Part shown: piece after piece, positions 14,934-17,621 of the stretch | Layout: every line of letters starts with the position of its first letter | Numbering within the stretch: position 1 is the first letter of the stretch | Origin: Arcobacter sp. | GTDB taxonomy: Bacteria; Campylobacterota; Campylobacteria; Campylobacterales; Arcobacteraceae | NCBI GenBank assembly: GCA_965662175.1 | Contig: CBFIGT010000041.1 | Coordinates: 1-17,621 of the forward strand | Direction of reading: 5' to 3' | Length of the DNA: 17,621 nucleotides | Program-made: the position numbers and the translations under genes | The notes under the pieces: generated by a model | Database searches by the model: none | The model's input: the letters and a program-made list of their open reading frames with translations, nothing else | Told to the model about the DNA's origin: nothing

Positions 14934-16271
14934 ATGCTACAACTACTACTAAAACTACTTTTCCCAACTATAATTTTACTATTTTTCACAGCTTGTGCTC
15001 AAAAAAATCTTGATACTGAAGTTAATGATTTAAAAATATATAAACAAAATGCAGATGAATACACAAACTCCCTACCCTACTTTGAAAAAAATATGCAAGA
15101 AAAACTAAATAAAGAGTTTGATGAAAGATATTTTAAACCTTGGCATAAAGAGAGATTTGAAGCTAGTATTGAAGATGTAACTTGGCAATTTAAATATAAA
15201 AATAAGAAAGTTTATGGGGATAATTTACGATTATTATCAAAAGAGTGGTTTGAAAAACAGATAGAAAACTCAAACTTTGAGAGATATAATAGCTTTTTGA
15301 GAAAGGCAATTACAGTAAAAAACTCTGATTTAAGAGTTTTTCCAACAAATAGTAAAATCTTTTATAATCCCAAAAAAGCTGGAGAGGGATTTCCCTTTGA
15401 TTATAATCAAAACTCAGGTATAAAAATAAATAGCCCTATTTTAATATCTCACTTCTCAAAAGATAGAGCTTGGGTTTATGTTTTATCCTCTTTTGCAAAG
15501 GGTTGGATAAAAGTTACAGATATGGCTTATGTGGATGAAAAGATTATAAACTTTTTTGAAAATCAAAACTACTATATTGCTATGAAAGATAACTTTCCTA
15601 TTTACAAAAAAGGTGTATTTGTAGAGTATATAAAACTAGGAACACTTTTCCCTTTAAAAAATAAAAAAGCAATTACAGTTGGAAGATTTGCAGATAATCA
15701 AGGATATATAAGATTAATAGATATTCCAAATATCTATATGGAAAAAAAACCAATTGAGTTTAATAGTGAAAATATTTCAAAGCTAATAAATGAGCTTATA
15801 GAGGAACCTTATGGTTGGGGTGAAGCCTTAAATCATAGGGATTGTTCAGCCCTAACAAAAGATTTTTTTACACCATTTGGTATAAACTTAAAAAGAAACT
15901 CTTATGGTCAAACCTTAGATTATAAATATTATGACTTAAGTAAATTTAGTGATAAATCTAAAAAAGAGTTCATAATAAAAAATGCAGTTCCTTTTTTATC
16001 TTTAGGATATTTAAAAGGTCATATTATGATTTATATTGGCCAAAAAGATGGTGAACCACTCTTCTTTCACAATGTTTGGGGTGTTAAAACAAAAGATATA
16101 TTTGGAAATGAGGGAAGAAAAATAGTTGGAAAAGCGGTAATAACTTCTTTAAATATGGGAGAAGAGATTAACAGCTTTGATGGAAATAAAAGTCTAGTTT
16201 CAAGGCTCATTGGCTTAGTAAACCTAAGTCAAGAAAAAGAGCCTAAAACTAACTCTTCCTTAGATAAATAA
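14934..16271 (+). CDS. NlpC/P60 cysteine peptidase lipoprotein with SH3-type domains
   Basis: Lipobox FTAC, catalytic PYGWG...RDCSA and GHIMIYIG, FHN, and FPFDYNQNS in the SH3 region. Confidence 0.88.
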   Translation: MLQLLLKLLFPTIILLFFTACAQKNLDTEVNDLKIYKQNADEYTNSLPYFEKNMQEKLNKEFDERYFKPWHKERFEASIEDVTWQFKYKNKKVYGDNLRLLSKEWFEKQIENSNFERYNSFLRKAITVKNSDLRVFPTNSKIFYNPKKAGEGFPFDYNQNSGIKINSPILISHFSKDRAWVYVLSSFAKGWIKVTDMAYVDEKIINFFENQNYYIAMKDNFPIYKKGVFVEYIKLGTLFPLKNKKAITVGRFADNQGYIRLIDIPNIYMEKKPIEFNSENISKLINELIEEPYGWGEALNHRDCSALTKDFFTPFGINLKRNSYGQTLDYKYYDLSKFSDKSKKEFIIKNAVPFLSLGYLKGHIMIYIGQKDGEPLFFHNVWGVKTKDIFGNEGRKIVGKAVITSLNMGEEINSFDGNKSLVSRLIGLVNLSQEKEPKTNSSLDK

Positions 16272-17621
16272 GTCTATATAACATAGGAACATAATATAAA
16301 TTAAGTACAGTAGCCCATAATATACCAAAGCCTAAAGAGACAGCCATAGGTTGTAAAATCAAAGCTTGTCCTGAGGCAAAAAACATTAAAGTAAATAGAC
16401 CTAAAATAGTTGTAATTGAGGTTAATAAAATAGGTCTTAATCTTAAAAGAGCAAAAGATAGAAGTTCATCTAAATTTTTTGCTTTTTTAATAAAATCCAT
16501 CATAATAATTCCATCATTAACTATAACTCCTGCTAATCCAATCATACCAATTAAACTAGGCATTGTAATATTAAGTCCTAATAAATAGTGTCCCACAAAT
16601 ACACCTAAAATAGATAAAGGAATAGTTGAGATTATAATTAATGATTTAATCATAGAATCAAACATCCAAACAAGAGAAATAAAGATTAGTAAAATAGCAA
16701 TAATAGCAGCTTGTCCCATCTCCCTTTGAACTTTTTCATTCTCTTGTTGTTCACCTTTTATATCAATAGTTACACTCTTTCTGTATTCATTAATAGTATT
16801 ATTTAATTTTTCAAACACTTCAGCTGAAGTTACACCACTAATAGAAGCTGTTATTGATACAATTCTTTCACCATTCTCTTTAAATATTTGAGAATAGGCA
16901 TTTTTTCTTACAATATCAACCACATCTTTTAGTAAAATCTTTTCATCACTATTTGGAACTATTATTTCAAAATTATCTAAACTTTTCAAAATATCTTTGT
17001 TTTTACTTTGAAAAACAACATCTACAATTCCCTCATCATCAAACATTTTTGAATATGAACCTTTAAAATAAAAAGGTCTAATAGATGAAACAATATAGTT
17101 TTCACTTATTCCTAAACTTTGACCATAAGAGTTTACTTTAAACTTTAACTCAATATTTCCCAAAATTGAATCATCAGCCACATTTGAAACACCTTTTATC
17201 TCATTTAAAGCTTTTTTAATACCAATTACAGCCTCTTTAGTCTCATTATTATCTCCACTAATTGATAACTCTAAATCATTTTTAACAATTCCAGCCTTAG
17301 GAACAAAAACTTTGAGCTCTTCAAAATCTTTTGAAACAATAAGAGGTTTTAAAAGCTCTTTTATTTCACGCTCTACTTGTTGGGCAGGTTTTACTCTTAT
17401 CATATTTGTATCATCATATTTAGGAGATAAATATGGATTTATATATTTATCAAACAGATTTTGAGGAGCTTTTTCATTTAAATTAACAAAAATTTGAAAA
17501 TAAAACTCTTCATTTTGTGCTTGATTTTTACCATCTAATTTTAATCCAATTATAGAAGAGATTGAGTCTAAATCCTTATCAAAATCATACTCTTTTAATA
17601 TTTTTTCCTCTATTTTTGATA
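16249..17621 (-). CDS. RND (AcrB/AcrD/AcrF family) efflux permease, C-terminal part; 5' end outside the window
   Basis: IPLSILG, GLAGVIVNDGIIMMD, RLRPILLTSITT and PMAVSLGFG. I translated 17404-17619 and the frame stays open, so ATG 17403 is internal. The 3' end overlaps the NlpC/P60 gene by 23 bp. Confidence 0.92.
   Translation of the reverse strand, partial: SKIEEKILKEYDFDKDLDSISSIIGLKLDGKNQAQNEEFYFQIFVNLNEKAPQNLFDKYINPYLSPKYDDTNMIRVKPAQQVEREIKELLKPLIVSKDFEELKVFVPKAGIVKNDLELSISGDNNETKEAVIGIKKALNEIKGVSNVADDSILGNIELKFKVNSYGQSLGISENYIVSSIRPFYFKGSYSKMFDDEGIVDVVFQSKNKDILKSLDNFEIIVPNSDEKILLKDVVDIVRKNAYSQIFKENGERIVSITASISGVTSAEVFEKLNNTINEYRKSVTIDIKGEQQENEKVQREMGQAAIIAILLIFISLVWMFDSMIKSLIIISTIPLSILGVFVGHYLLGLNITMPSLIGMIGLAGVIVNDGIIMMDFIKKAKNLDELLSFALLRLRPILLTSITTILGLFTLMFFASGQALILQPMAVSLGFGILWATVLNLYYVPMLYRLIYLRKS

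Noticed and set aside
16249..17403. Truncated 384-aa RND pseudogene
   Set aside because: The frame is open to the window edge, so the short length is a window artefact.
1..17621. CRISPR arrays, IS elements, integrases, tRNA/rRNA
   Set aside because: No spaced direct repeats, transposase or integrase motifs, or GC-rich structured RNA segments were seen; intergenic gaps are all short.

Overview
AT-rich chromosomal window, most consistent with Campylobacterota (probably Arcobacteraceae; inferred from gene styles, not a database hit). Left to right: partial comEC (-, absent from the ORF track), plsC-type acyltransferase (+), then ovoA (ovothiol sulfoxide synthase/methyltransferase), an RraA-family gene and an alpha/beta hydrolase (all -). 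A divergent four-gene operon follows, encoding B12-dependent glutamate mutase S and E subunits, a GlmL-like reactivase and an adenylate-forming enzyme with atypical motifs, closed by a terminator. Next come an orphan pair (family-3 solute-binding protein with a C-terminal extension, plus a 462-aa protein with two C-terminal TM helices), cytochrome c553, a GGDEF protein with an ASCH-like N-terminus, a polytopic membrane protein (TsoY-like), an NlpC/P60-SH3 lipoprotein and the 3' part of an RND permease. The best candidates for undescribed systems are the mutase + ligase operon, which looks biosynthetic rather than fermentative, the SBP/2TM pair and the ASCH-GGDEF fusion. No rRNA, tRNA, CRISPR array or mobile element was seen. 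All family calls come from motif recognition by eye.
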